A stretch of DNA of 64,000 bases from Candidatus Auribacterota bacterium (GCA_023144635.1 JAGLFH010000036.1:2645-66644); one strand, 5' to 3'. Positions 18,236 through 28,885 are shown, numbered from the stretch's first letter. Notes: a model not told the origin generated them from the letters alone. Numbers and translations: made by a program.

Positions 18236-20548
18236 ATGAAAAGAAAACAACTGATGTTTTTTCTTTTATTTGCTATTTTATTTATTCCGGCAAGACTTTT
18301 TGCCGCCGGAGCAACTTTTTCAGCAACCCTTCCGAACGATGCATCGGTAACAATGGATAACACAACAGGCACTATTTCCATTACAGTTACCAACACATCT
18401 TCTGTAAACAAAAAACTAAAATTTTTTCAGTTCCGTGTAAACAGTAACTTTTACAATTACAGTTCTAATAATACCCCTCCGATCAATTCAGGATGGATGG
18501 TAAAAGAAATTAATAATTCCGAAAGTACTGGAGTCGCTTTGCTGGAATTTTCGGCTGAAAAATCATGGGCTGAACTATCAATAGGAGATTCGGTAACTTT
18601 TGATATTATACTTACAGGACCAAACGGCGGTACTATTTTACAGGATAATACAGATAAAACAGATACATTTTTAAGTGTAAAAGCATATGAGAAAGGAACT
18701 GCTCCACCTCCCGGAATATATGGTGATGAGGCAACCCTTGACGGCTCAACTCCAACATGGACAAGACATGGACTAAAATGTGAGTTCTTTATATCCCCCA
18801 ATGCCATGCCTGTAGGAGAAACCCTTTACGGCAGTCTTTCCATTGTAAATGTTTCTTCAACAGATCAAAGCGTGATCGTTACACAAAATCTACAAAATAC
18901 AGGAACAGGCTCTGCAACACTTGTTAATGATTTTTCACCTTCTCCTGTTTCTCTTACTTCAAATGAAACAGTTATAATGGGAATAACATTTACGGCTGCA
19001 ACCGAAGGAAATATCATTTTTAAAGTGGACACTAATAATGCAAATGTAAGCTCAAAAACAACTTTTAGCAATGAGATAAATATAGGAAACTTTACTGCAA
19101 CTCTTAAAGTAACACCTGATGATGTAGCTGACGGAAATGAAGTAACAATAACACTTTCAACAACAAACAGCGGTACAAGCTCACTTCACAACATAACACC
19201 TTCTGCTACACCTGTTTTTTCAGGTTCTGCTAATGCAACACTTGTATCAGGGCCGGATCCGGCATCTCTTAGTATTCTTTCACCAGGAGAGACCTATTAC
19301 TTTTTTACCTACACTTACAGGATAACAGGGGATGCTGGAGATGATTATACTTTTTCTTCTGAAGCAACATGCGATGAAGGTCAAACAACTAATACAGCTA
19401 TAAGCAATACCGGGATCATTTCTGTATTTGCCTATTCGGTATATCCTGTAAGCATAAATTCAGGAAATGTTGATCAGACATTTACTTTTAATATTCAAAA
19501 TGGCGGCAAGGCAAAAATCATTTTAGAAAGTGTTGAAATTTTTCATCCAAGTTCTGATTTCATTTTTGGAAGTGCAAGCGGAGGTTATAACGTTAACTGG
19601 ACAGTTACTGATCTTACGGATCGTATACGTTTTGAAGCACCAACTGAATCAGACGCTATGCCCGGAGGGAATCAGATGGATCTTACAATAACATACAGTC
19701 AAACACCCTCTGTTGTATCTACAACTGACTACAGGTTTGATGCACTTCTTAATGGCGCAACGAATATCAACGTTTTTGGAACAGATAGTAAATTTGACTT
19801 TACAGAAAACAAAACTGAAACGATTTATGTTACAAATACTGTTATAGAACTTGAATATGAGCCAATAGATCTGAGCGCAGACGGAAATGCGGAAACAACT
19901 CTTACCCTTACTCTTTTAGATGGTGATATTGCAATGCCTGACCAGCCAATAGATTTTCAGTTTGTATTTACAGGCACATATGAACAAAATCCCTTCTGGA
20001 TAACAAAGGACAGCATAACTGATGAACAGGGACAGGCAACAGCAAAATTCCGAGCTCCTTATAATGCCTCAAGCTGCAGTGTTACTGTAAAAGGAGTGTT
20101 TGGAACAACCGAAAGTCAGATAGTAATACCCTTTATTGGATACGACAGACCGAATATTCTTTATTCCGGAAATCTCATCCCTATACAGGTAGATCCGGGA
20201 GCTACTGCACAATTTAGTGTTGATGTAAGAAACTCAAGTGAGAATTATGATATGAATTTAACAACCAATTCATACTTTCTTGTCTCCGACGTATCGCTCG
20301 GAGGCACTACTGAGTATAAAGCTTATCTCTCTTCGCCCACCAATATCCCGACAAATGAAGTAATCGTAACACTTACTTTTGAAATCAAGAATTTTCCTAC
20401 TTCATTCATGCAGGGCCAATTCAAGCCAAAGCTTTTCTTTACTGATGGTGATCCTGGCAATGATCAGATAAGGGAAGTTTCAGATAAATTAATCGTAGGT
20501 AGCGGCAATACTGGAATAAGAATAATTGATTGGAGAATAAAGCGATAA
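18236..20548 (+). CDS. Large secreted Ig-like repeat protein, putative pilus tip adhesin
   Basis: Sec signal peptide; Thr/Ser/Asn-rich beta-sandwich modules (ADGNAETTLTL, TDEQGQATAKF); C-terminus IRIIDWRIKR. Confidence 0.7.
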   Translation: MKRKQLMFFLLFAILFIPARLFAAGATFSATLPNDASVTMDNTTGTISITVTNTSSVNKKLKFFQFRVNSNFYNYSSNNTPPINSGWMVKEINNSESTGVALLEFSAEKSWAELSIGDSVTFDIILTGPNGGTILQDNTDKTDTFLSVKAYEKGTAPPPGIYGDEATLDGSTPTWTRHGLKCEFFISPNAMPVGETLYGSLSIVNVSSTDQSVIVTQNLQNTGTGSATLVNDFSPSPVSLTSNETVIMGITFTAATEGNIIFKVDTNNANVSSKTTFSNEINIGNFTATLKVTPDDVADGNEVTITLSTTNSGTSSLHNITPSATPVFSGSANATLVSGPDPASLSILSPGETYYFFTYTYRITGDAGDDYTFSSEATCDEGQTTNTAISNTGIISVFAYSVYPVSINSGNVDQTFTFNIQNGGKAKIILESVEIFHPSSDFIFGSASGGYNVNWTVTDLTDRIRFEAPTESDAMPGGNQMDLTITYSQTPSVVSTTDYRFDALLNGATNINVFGTDSKFDFTENKTETIYVTNTVIELEYEPIDLSADGNAETTLTLTLLDGDIAMPDQPIDFQFVFTGTYEQNPFWITKDSITDEQGQATAKFRAPYNASSCSVTVKGVFGTTESQIVIPFIGYDRPNILYSGNLIPIQVDPGATAQFSVDVRNSSENYDMNLTTNSYFLVSDVSLGGTTEYKAYLSSPTNIPTNEVIVTLTFEIKNFPTSFMQGQFKPKLFFTDGDPGNDQIREVSDKLIVGSGNTGIRIIDWRIKR

Positions 20549-20583
20549 TACTATAAAATATAAATAATAAAAGGGAGGTTTTT

Positions 20584-21567
20584 ATGCGGAATAAGTTTTT
20601 TTATGCTTTAATTTTTTTATTTATTCTATCAATGGTTCCTGCATCTATCCTAGCTAAAGAAAAGGATGATAGAAAAGACAGAGGTCATCATAACAAATAC
20701 TTTGAAAAAGACGAAAAAACAAAAGAGATCCGTTTTCAAAAAGACGTAAAAGAAAAAGTTGATAAAATCGTAAAAGGAGCTGTTAAATCCATGAAAGCTC
20801 CGGAACGTTCAAAAAAGGAAAAAAATCCTATCCCTGAAGCTTATCTTGATCAATACGATGAAGAAACCGAATATAATTACGATTACTCTAAAGAGTTCAA
20901 GGGCGATGAAGATGATGAAGACTTTGAACTGATAAACATCAAATCAAGCAAAATAAAAAAGCTGATAGAACAAAATGATAAAAAAAGAGATAAAGGATGG
21001 GGATGGTACTGGGATAAAAGCAACAAGGGTAAAAGAGATAAAAAACATGGCAAATGGAGCATACATCCAATTTTAAAAAAGATTGCATGGAAACATTACC
21101 GTATGGCTCTCAAATACCATGAACAGGAAAAATATGAGCAAGCTAAAAAACATCTTTTAAGAGCATTATGGTTCTGGCCTACATTTGTCGAAGCACACAC
21201 TCAGCTGGGGATCGAAAACCTTGCTCTTAACCTGCCGGATAAAGCTGAAATAAATTGTAAACGCGCTGTTAAAATTGATCCATATTATTGCAAAGCATAT
21301 TATATATTAAGCTTGATCTATCTAATAAAAGATCCTGTTGAACTTTTTAATTCTGTTGAAGCCTGTGAATATGCAAAACAGCTTAAATGTGATGTTGATG
21401 CTAATTACTATGAATTTCTTATGCTTATTTCAAAGCTTCCTCCACCAACAGATTCTGAGACGCCTCAGGAAGACCCAGTTGATGATGATCCTGCTGAAAC
21501 AGATCCTGTTGATGATGGTAAACCAGGACGCGGCCATGATAATAAGGGAAAAAAAGATAAAGACTGA
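20584..21567 (+). CDS. Exported TPR-repeat protein with charged low-complexity regions
   Basis: Signal peptide; TPR-like helices (AHTQLG, AVKIDPYYCKAYY); GGGAGG RBS. Confidence 0.7.
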   Translation: MRNKFFYALIFLFILSMVPASILAKEKDDRKDRGHHNKYFEKDEKTKEIRFQKDVKEKVDKIVKGAVKSMKAPERSKKEKNPIPEAYLDQYDEETEYNYDYSKEFKGDEDDEDFELINIKSSKIKKLIEQNDKKRDKGWGWYWDKSNKGKRDKKHGKWSIHPILKKIAWKHYRMALKYHEQEKYEQAKKHLLRALWFWPTFVEAHTQLGIENLALNLPDKAEINCKRAVKIDPYYCKAYYILSLIYLIKDPVELFNSVEACEYAKQLKCDVDANYYEFLMLISKLPPPTDSETPQEDPVDDDPAETDPVDDGKPGRGHDNKGKKDKD

Positions 21568-21591
21568 TTCTTTTTATATCAATTTAAATAA

Positions 21592-21616
21592 TGAGGCGGG
21601 CTATTAGCCCGCCTCA
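21592..21616 (+). terminator. Perfect GC-rich hairpin after the TPR gene
   Basis: tgaggcgggcta-t-tagcccgcctca followed by actttt. Confidence 0.6.
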
Positions 21617-21629
21617 ACTTTTGAAACTT

Positions 21630-22301
21630 ATGGAATATAATTTTTTAAAATCAATTTCTAAAAGGAGAAAAGTATCGCTTCTTATTTCAATAATAATTCA
21701 TATTATCTTTTTTATTCCTCCAGTTCAGATATCCTTGAAAAATCTTTTTAAAAGAACTTCCCTGCAACCACATGCAGCAATGATAAGATTTCGTTTTTTT
21801 GCGCCTCAACCTCAAAAAGAAATACGTCCCTCAAAAAAAGAGCTCTTTAATGAACTCAAAAATAAAGAAATCCCGGAAAAGAAAAGATTAAGCAAGAAAG
21901 ATAAAAGACTTCAGGAACTTATTGAATCAGTGGAAAGCAAAAAAAAATCAAAGGCTTTAAAAACTATTGTAAGCAACAAACCTGTTGATGAAAAAAAAAT
22001 AGCCTGGGATTATGCTAATTTCATAAAAAAAGCAATAAACCGCCATACAGAATATCCTAGAGACGAATACGAAAAACGAATAGAAGATTCCGTAACTATT
22101 TCCTTTTGTATTGATATAGATGGAAAATTAATAGGCGTTCCTTCTATTTCAGATATACACCGTTCACGACATAATAATTTTAATAAAGCTGCCGTAAAAG
22201 CTGTCATAACTGCATCATCACAATTCCCACCACTACCCAAAGAACTTAAAAGGGATAGTCAATACTTTCATATAGATATTGAATTCAGCCGCATAGACTA
22301 A
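21630..22301 (+). CDS. Energy transducer TonB family protein
   Basis: N-terminal TM (SIIIHIIFF), charged linker, TonB_C (YPRD..VTISFCIDIDG..FNKAAVKAV..FPPLP). The track start lies inside the hairpin. Confidence 0.8.
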   Translation: MEYNFLKSISKRRKVSLLISIIIHIIFFIPPVQISLKNLFKRTSLQPHAAMIRFRFFAPQPQKEIRPSKKELFNELKNKEIPEKKRLSKKDKRLQELIESVESKKKSKALKTIVSNKPVDEKKIAWDYANFIKKAINRHTEYPRDEYEKRIEDSVTISFCIDIDGKLIGVPSISDIHRSRHNNFNKAAVKAVITASSQFPPLPKELKRDSQYFHIDIEFSRID

Positions 22302-22583
22302 TCTGCATCTTTTATGAAAAAAACCCAAGTCAAAAACATGTAAAAAAAAGCTTTCACCACAACATATAACTACTTGACACTTTTCACATTATAGCAACAT
22401 ACTAAATATACACATTTTCTAATATTTTTATTTTATTCTCTCTATATAACAAAGCTTCATATACTCATATTGTCAAGTTTATAATTTTTAATTATGTCAT
22501 TTTATCTAAAAAAACATACCCAATAATTTGATATTTACAAAAAAATATGTTAGATTTACTTATAAATATTAGCGGAGTTTTTT

Positions 22584-22844
22584 ATGAGTGACAAAAAAAA
22601 TCTTGTGGGCATATCCTGGTTTAGGCCCGAGCAATGGGATACTTTAAGAAAAATATCTTCTGAGTACGGAGGTTTCAAAGAAACCTATGAAGAATGGGAG
22701 CGCTCTGCTGCATCTCACTATAAAAAGCTTAAAAAACTTGGATTTAATGTCCAAAAAAAATACATCGATGCTTCAAAACTACATAAATGGTATGAAGACA
22801 GCAAAACTCTCATAGACAATATCCACAAAGAACATGCTTCCTAA
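22584..22844 (+). CDS. Hypothetical protein
   Basis: GGAG RBS; protein-like pattern GISWFRPEQW..TYEEW. Confidence 0.65.
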   Translation: MSDKKNLVGISWFRPEQWDTLRKISSEYGGFKETYEEWERSAASHYKKLKKLGFNVQKKYIDASKLHKWYEDSKTLIDNIHKEHAS

Positions 22845-23003
22845 TCCTCAACTTCATTCAATTACTTAAAATCGATCCTTAAAAAGTCTTCTTTGACAGA
22901 ATAAACTTGTCCTGAGCGAACACAGTGATTCGAATAGAACAGGGAAGAGAGGGACAAAAACTTTTATTGATAGATAATACTACTTTCCTTCATTTATACC
23001 CTA

Positions 23004-23020
23004 CTGGCATAACAAATGCT
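23004..23020 (+). promoter_or_regulatory. Putative sigma-54 (-24/-12) promoter
   Basis: CTGGCATAACAAATGCT has GG-N10-GC, about 60 nt upstream of 23079. Confidence 0.55.
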
Positions 23021-23078
23021 TTAATAGCTAAAAACTGCATTTTACAGTAAATGTTTAATTTTACAATAGGAGGGGTAG

Positions 23079-23768
23079 GTGAAAAGGATATTTACACTAT
23101 TATTTGTTGGATTTTTAATCTTAACATGTGCTGGCTGTAAAACACTGAATAACGTTGATCAGGCAATCGGCAGGAATCAAGTACGTATAAAAAAGTTTTT
23201 CGCAAAATTATTTCTTGCTGAAACAGAATCAGTTCATTTCGCTGTTAGGATCAGACATGAATTCTTCGTATATTTTCCGCCTGTTAACGAGAGTGCGGAT
23301 GGGTTCCAAGAATTATCAGATAAAATAAAAGAGAATCTCGCCGTTAGCCAGCTTGATACAGTACTTGATAAAGATCTTGAACATCAGGCTCAAAAACATG
23401 GCACAAGTGACATAAATTACTTGGAAACAAAAAATTACAGGGTATTTATAGAACCCCGCCTTATATCTTTTGAGTACAGAGACGGGATCCCTCCTGTATC
23501 AGCTATACTTGACAAAGGTAATTACGCGCTAAGCATGCAATCACAGATAATTATAAGAGACAAGAATACCGGACAGGAAGTATGGAGACACACAGTTGAT
23601 GCCATAAATGATCTTACTTATCGAACTTTAATAGAATTCGGCAATAAAAAAGATTTTGATTATGATCTAAAACATCTTGCAATGAAGACATCAGAAAAAA
23701 TATTGTTTATATTAAAGGACCAGAAGCCTTTTGAATCCTCTGGGAACAGGTTAGTTGCTTTTAAATAA
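23079..23768 (+). CDS. Hypothetical lipoprotein
   Basis: GTG start with GGAGG RBS; lipobox CAGC. Confidence 0.75.
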   Translation: MKRIFTLLFVGFLILTCAGCKTLNNVDQAIGRNQVRIKKFFAKLFLAETESVHFAVRIRHEFFVYFPPVNESADGFQELSDKIKENLAVSQLDTVLDKDLEHQAQKHGTSDINYLETKNYRVFIEPRLISFEYRDGIPPVSAILDKGNYALSMQSQIIIRDKNTGQEVWRHTVDAINDLTYRTLIEFGNKKDFDYDLKHLAMKTSEKILFILKDQKPFESSGNRLVAFK

Positions 23769-23785
23769 CTAAAAACGTTTTGGGG

Positions 23786-23827
23786 TCTTTTTGTAGCCTG
23801 AAGCATCAGCTTCGGGCTACAAAGAGA
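23786..23827. terminator. Hairpin (terminator-like, GTAG-flanked)
   Basis: tctttttgtagcctgaagc-atca-gcttcgggctacaaagaga. Confidence 0.6.
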
Positions 23828-23916
23828 AAAACAGGTCATCCTTCTTTAAAAATCCTTTTTAATTGATTATTTATTAATTTTTTTATAATCTATTACTGAA
23901 AAACCCTTAAACGACT

Positions 23917-25053
23917 ATGACCAATAATTACAAAGTTTTACTCATTACAGGAGCCGGTGTTTCGGCTCCTTATATACTTAGTGACTGCAAAAGCGCTCTT
24001 GAGGAAATAGGGTGCGAAGTCATGACAATGCCTGCATCAAATGACCCTTTGGAGTTTAGATCAATTCTTACCACTATTAAACCGCATTTTATTCTATCTC
24101 TTGACCATGCCGGAATTAACGATGAAATTATAGCACAGGAGAAGGTACCTTGTTTCTCTTGGTTTGTGGACAATCCTTTTTATTTTGTGAATGAATCCAA
24201 TAAAAAGCCTTATAGTTATTTCCTGGTCACAGATAAATCATATATTAAAGAATTACAGCACTATGGCTTTAATGATGTTTTTTATCTCCCTCTTGCAGCA
24301 AACCCAAAAAGAATGCATAATTTAAATTTTTCAAACATCAGACAAGCTGACATTTCATTTGTAGGCACTCTTAGTAAACGGCATACTGAGTGGAGAATCG
24401 AGCGAAATAGAGAAGCAACCTCTCCCACAAAAGAAATACTCGATCTTCTTGTTCATCTTAAAACACAGAAACCAAATATGACATTTGACGAGATGTTTAA
24501 GTTTTGTGATGAAAAATTTAAAGAACAGATACTCCAGAAGTTAGATATGAAAGCTCGTGGCTCTATTGAATACCGTATTGACATGGAAACAAGTTCTTAT
24601 TTCCGAGAAACTTATATACGCTCACTTGCAGATTTTAACGTTTCTATATTTGGAAATAATGAATGGAAAAAAGTACTCCCTGAACATCATTTTTTTGGAG
24701 GTAACATTGATTACGATAAAGATATAGGACACTTATACCGCATTTCAAAGATCAATTTAAACATTACCCGCACACAAATACAAACAGGCATAAACCAGCG
24801 CATTCTTGACATTGCAGCAACAGGTGCCATTTTTTTAACAGACTACAGAAAGACTACACAAGATTTTTTTGATTGTGATCTTCGATATCTAATGTACCAT
24901 AACGAAAATGACCTTAAGGAAAAAGTAGAATACTTTTTAAAATCCAAAGAAGTCCGTATATTTATCGGTAATGAGCTTTTTGATTCTATCAACAATAAAC
25001 ATACATATGTCCACCGAATGAAAGAGCTTATTGATATATACAAAAAAGTTTAA
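23917..25053 (+). CDS. CgeB-family glycosyltransferase
   Basis: WFVDNP, YLPLAANP, DISFVG, SKINLNIT, RILDIAATGAIFLTD, HTYVHRM. Confidence 0.85.
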   Translation: MTNNYKVLLITGAGVSAPYILSDCKSALEEIGCEVMTMPASNDPLEFRSILTTIKPHFILSLDHAGINDEIIAQEKVPCFSWFVDNPFYFVNESNKKPYSYFLVTDKSYIKELQHYGFNDVFYLPLAANPKRMHNLNFSNIRQADISFVGTLSKRHTEWRIERNREATSPTKEILDLLVHLKTQKPNMTFDEMFKFCDEKFKEQILQKLDMKARGSIEYRIDMETSSYFRETYIRSLADFNVSIFGNNEWKKVLPEHHFFGGNIDYDKDIGHLYRISKINLNITRTQIQTGINQRILDIAATGAIFLTDYRKTTQDFFDCDLRYLMYHNENDLKEKVEYFLKSKEVRIFIGNELFDSINNKHTYVHRMKELIDIYKKV

Positions 25054-25071
25054 AATGAAAAATTAAAAGTT

Positions 25072-25192
25072 TCCGCCCGAGGCGGATCCGCCTTTGGCGG
25101 AAAAAATAAATGGCAAGATACCTGTAGGAGCAGATTCTTAATCTGCCTATTACAATACAAATAAAAGGGCGGGGTTTGGAATCCGCCCCTTC
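25072..25192. repeat. tccgcc..ggcgga double palindrome followed by an inverted GTAG-type REP pair
   Basis: tccgcccgaggcggatccgcctttggcgga (25072-25101); gtaggagcagattcttaatctgcct; gggcggggtttggaatccgccccttc. Confidence 0.7.
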
Positions 25193-25232
25193 TAATAATT
25201 AATAGCTACTAACCAACTTTAAGGAAACTCGC

Positions 25233-26717
25233 ATGAAAATTTTGCTGGCAGGATACAACATTGACACCCAAGTACTAAAAGAATATGAAAACATTGCAGG
25301 TAAACGAGCCGATGCAACCCCGGAAACACTTTCAGCCTCATATGCAAGAATAAGCCGTGATCCGCGACCCATTGATGAGCTTAGAGACGATGCTCGGATA
25401 GAAATAGAAAAGTCCCGAAAATCAAACCGTGCCATAATCTTTAAAATGGGACATCACTCTGTTGCAGAACATGCTGTTTTTAACTTTGATATTATTGGTG
25501 TTTCCCGTTTTGCTATAGAACAGCTTGAAAAATTAAGACTTTGCTCTTTCACAGAAAAATCACAAAGATATATTACACTTGAGAATGACTTTGTCATACC
25601 TCAAGAAATACAAGAGACCGGTTTTGATAAGGAATATACTGATATGGTAAAAGAACAAAACCGTCTCTACCATGACATGAATGATAGACTGACAGAACAT
25701 GTGTTTAGTAAGCATAGCGAACTTGCTAAGGATCCTAAAAAAAGAACCCTACTTGAAGGATGGGCAAAAGAAGATGCTAGATATATTACATCACTTGCCA
25801 CAGAAGGTCAGCTCGGAATGACCATTAATGCAAGGAACCTTGAGCTTATGTTTAGACGCTTTGCATCACATCCTCTTAATGAAGTACGTACCATAGGTAA
25901 AAATATTTATACACTTGTAAAAAATGTGGCCCCATCTATCATTCTTTTTACTGATGCCAATGATTATGATGCAAAAACACTCAGCTCTCTTGAAGAATAT
26001 TTTAAGAACCGTAAGATGCAAAGCTCCGATGTAGCACCTTCAGCAGAAGTCCTTCTTCATCATTATACAAACAATGCAGATGATCAACTTGTAGCCTCTA
26101 TCATGCACCATGCGACAAGTAAAAGCTTCTCGGCTTGCCGCGATGAAGTAGATAAAATGACTCCTCAGGAAAAAACAGATATAATTAAAAAAACTTTCCA
26201 GTATATGGAGTTCTATGACTCTACTCTTCGTGAATTTGAATTTTTAAATCTCGTATATGAGCTTACGATCTCTTCAAGCTGCTTTGCCCAGCTAAAACGC
26301 CATAGAATGTCAACACCGGTAACACAAGACTATGATCCTTTACTTGGGCTTACAATACCTGATTCAATAAAAGAGATCGGCTTTGAAAAAAGGTTTCTTG
26401 ATGTAACAGACAAAACAGAAGAATTATACAGGAGAATAAAAAAAGTCTCTTCCACAGCCTCGCCTTATATTCTTACAAACGCTCATAGGCGACGTGTACT
26501 TTTTGGCGTAAACGCGAGGGAACTTTACCACATTACACGTCTTAGAGAAGATGCACATGCACAATGGGATATACAAAACATATCAAAAAAAATGAGGATT
26601 GAGGCTGAAAAAGTAATGCCTCTTACAATGATGTTTATAGGCTCAAAAGAAGTATATCCGATAAAATTTAAAGAGATCTTCGGAAAAGAACCAAAATTCA
26701 CTGAAATACCAGGATAG
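25233..26717 (+). CDS. thyX: FAD-dependent thymidylate synthase, tandem two-domain form
   Basis: GHHSVAEHA and SFTEKSQRY in the first half; QLKRHRMS, NARELYH, LREDAHAQWDI in the second. Confidence 0.9.
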   Translation: MKILLAGYNIDTQVLKEYENIAGKRADATPETLSASYARISRDPRPIDELRDDARIEIEKSRKSNRAIIFKMGHHSVAEHAVFNFDIIGVSRFAIEQLEKLRLCSFTEKSQRYITLENDFVIPQEIQETGFDKEYTDMVKEQNRLYHDMNDRLTEHVFSKHSELAKDPKKRTLLEGWAKEDARYITSLATEGQLGMTINARNLELMFRRFASHPLNEVRTIGKNIYTLVKNVAPSIILFTDANDYDAKTLSSLEEYFKNRKMQSSDVAPSAEVLLHHYTNNADDQLVASIMHHATSKSFSACRDEVDKMTPQEKTDIIKKTFQYMEFYDSTLREFEFLNLVYELTISSSCFAQLKRHRMSTPVTQDYDPLLGLTIPDSIKEIGFEKRFLDVTDKTEELYRRIKKVSSTASPYILTNAHRRRVLFGVNARELYHITRLREDAHAQWDIQNISKKMRIEAEKVMPLTMMFIGSKEVYPIKFKEIFGKEPKFTEIPG

Positions 26718-26736
26718 TAATAAGCAGCAAAAAAAT

Positions 26737-27108
26737 ATGAGTAATAACATTAAATTTATTACTAAATCCATTTCATTTAATGCAAAGTTAAACGATTGCC
26801 CTTGTGCTAAAGAAATATTTAATAATCTTCCAATAATTTCTACTGTAAGTACTTGGGGTGATGAAATATATTTTCGTACAAATCTGGATATATCCGTTGG
26901 CTTACCTACAACTGATGTTAATATAGGAGATATCGCTTTTTGGCCATCAGGAAAATGTATCTGTATTTTCTTCGGAAAAACCCCCATAAGCACTGGTTCT
27001 AAGCCGGTCCCTGCAAGCAATGTATTTGTAATTGGAAAAACTGACTGCTTACCAGAGGAATTAAGAAAAATAAGTGATTCAGAAGATATAAGTGTTGAGA
27101 AAGCATAA
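26737..27108 (+). CDS. Cyclophilin-like fold protein (TM1367/DUF369 type)
   Basis: WGDEIYF, GDIAFWPSG, CIFFGKTP. Confidence 0.85.
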   Translation: MSNNIKFITKSISFNAKLNDCPCAKEIFNNLPIISTVSTWGDEIYFRTNLDISVGLPTTDVNIGDIAFWPSGKCICIFFGKTPISTGSKPVPASNVFVIGKTDCLPEELRKISDSEDISVEKA

Positions 27109-27169
27109 ATAAATTAAAAATTAAGGTATAAAATTATACAAAGAATAATTTGGGTTTAAATTTTCGATC

Positions 27170-28885
27170 TTAGGGTTTTTCGCTTGAGTCCTGTGTCTTA
27201 AGTCTTGTGTCTGTACTTTTCCCGTTTCCTGTTAGCGGAGAAGCAATTGCTTTTAAAACATTAAAGAAAAAACCTGCAGCTTTTTTAGGTATACGCTCTA
27301 CTGACTCTTTACTAAACTTGGGATTTTCAATTGTACCATTTATCCTTAATGTAACTAGATGCTTTATGATCTCGTTTGAAATATCTCTGGTAATATCACC
27401 AACAAGAGGAATAGAAAGAAGTTTTGAACGGCTAAGTTCTGTAGTAAATAAAAAGTCCAACTTTCCGGAATTATCAACACTGCCTTCTCCATAAAAATTT
27501 ACATTTTTGCTCTCAATCTCTATTTCATTAAGATAAAGATCTCCTTTATTATATGACCAGACTGCATTTGCTTTTTTTGCTTCTTCCTTATCAGGAAGCT
27601 CAAAATTCAAAAAATTAAAAACCCCTGCAAAAAGCGGCAATTTAAATAGTTTTCCCTTTCTTATATGAGCTTTGCCCTTCGCATTAAACTCCCAATTATT
27701 TTTTTTAGAAGCTTTCAACACTGTATCAAGAAAGAATAATCCATCCATAGACTCACCCTTGTCTCTATATAAAGAAATTACATCCGGCAGACCAGCATTA
27801 CTAAAATTCAGCTCAATTTTATACAGATCATCAAACACAAAATGAACATTTCCTTTCATATCTCCATTTAGGGTTTTAGCTTGTATCTCATTAACATCCA
27901 GATACTTGTTATCAAAATGACTTTTTGCGTACAGACCCGTAAAAGGAAGCAGGATCTTTTTTATTTGCATAATCCCTTTTAGGTCTTCTGCCAAAATATT
28001 TTTCTTCTCAATATATATGTTTCCTGAAAGGTTTTTTACCCCGAGTGAATCTTCCTTTGCAAAAAAATTAAAATCTTTAAAATTAATATTATATTTTGGA
28101 GAGGTCCAAACACCCTTTGTTAAAAGCACAGGAATATCAAGGCCTAAAGACCCCTTGAATTTATAATGACTGATAAAAGGTAATATCTTTTTGATAAATC
28201 TTTTATTAAAGTCGTTTTTAAGAGAGATCTCAGAAAAAGAATTAACTGCATTAAAATCCTTATTTTTTAGACCAATATCACCTTTTGAGGAACAAATACC
28301 TATATTCTCCTCTTTTCCATTTACAGAAAAAAGTATTTTATCACCCAAAAGATCCAGTCTCGCAAAAATATCATTTAATCTGAAAGTATTGACCTCATTT
28401 TTAAGACTCAGCCTGATCTTGGAAAAAGAATCCTTTATAAAAAGTGTTCGAAATGGAAGTTTTATAGGTTTCCTGTGAGAGGTCTTTTTCCTTACGATAT
28501 TTTTTATAATATTCCATTCATTCTTTGAATTAAGCTCCAAATTCAGACTAAGACCACTTACTCTTATTTCTGGAATGGGACTAGTCAAATCATTGATCCA
28601 ATGATATGGCAATGGAATTTCAATTTTTTTTACACATAAAAGAGATCCCGGTTTAGGATCAAAAGCATCTTCTATCATTACATTTAGAAGATATATCTTA
28701 TCTATACGTATTCTAATATCTTTTATATCAACCTTACCATGAAATATTTTTTGGACTTCAGTAAGGACATACTGGTCAATGATATGCTTGCATTGCAGAA
28801 CAAGAAGTAATGTCAAAACAACGAGCAAGATCACTTCCAGCAAGTAAAATATTATTTTTTTTATACGCTTTTTCATACAGACCAC
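27170..28885 (-). CDS. AsmA-like protein
   Basis: N-terminal TM, long beta-rich body, C-terminal GEGSVD..LDF, IPLVG, INGTIENPK. Confidence 0.75.
   Translation of the reverse strand: MVCMKKRIKKIIFYLLEVILLVVLTLLLVLQCKHIIDQYVLTEVQKIFHGKVDIKDIRIRIDKIYLLNVMIEDAFDPKPGSLLCVKKIEIPLPYHWINDLTSPIPEIRVSGLSLNLELNSKNEWNIIKNIVRKKTSHRKPIKLPFRTLFIKDSFSKIRLSLKNEVNTFRLNDIFARLDLLGDKILFSVNGKEENIGICSSKGDIGLKNKDFNAVNSFSEISLKNDFNKRFIKKILPFISHYKFKGSLGLDIPVLLTKGVWTSPKYNINFKDFNFFAKEDSLGVKNLSGNIYIEKKNILAEDLKGIMQIKKILLPFTGLYAKSHFDNKYLDVNEIQAKTLNGDMKGNVHFVFDDLYKIELNFSNAGLPDVISLYRDKGESMDGLFFLDTVLKASKKNNWEFNAKGKAHIRKGKLFKLPLFAGVFNFLNFELPDKEEAKKANAVWSYNKGDLYLNEIEIESKNVNFYGEGSVDNSGKLDFLFTTELSRSKLLSIPLVGDITRDISNEIIKHLVTLRINGTIENPKFSKESVERIPKKAAGFFFNVLKAIASPLTGNGKSTDTRLKTQDSSEKP

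Noticed and set aside
21591-21629. Track start of the TonB ORF
   Set aside because: It lies within a perfect hairpin; the ATG at 21630 is more plausible.
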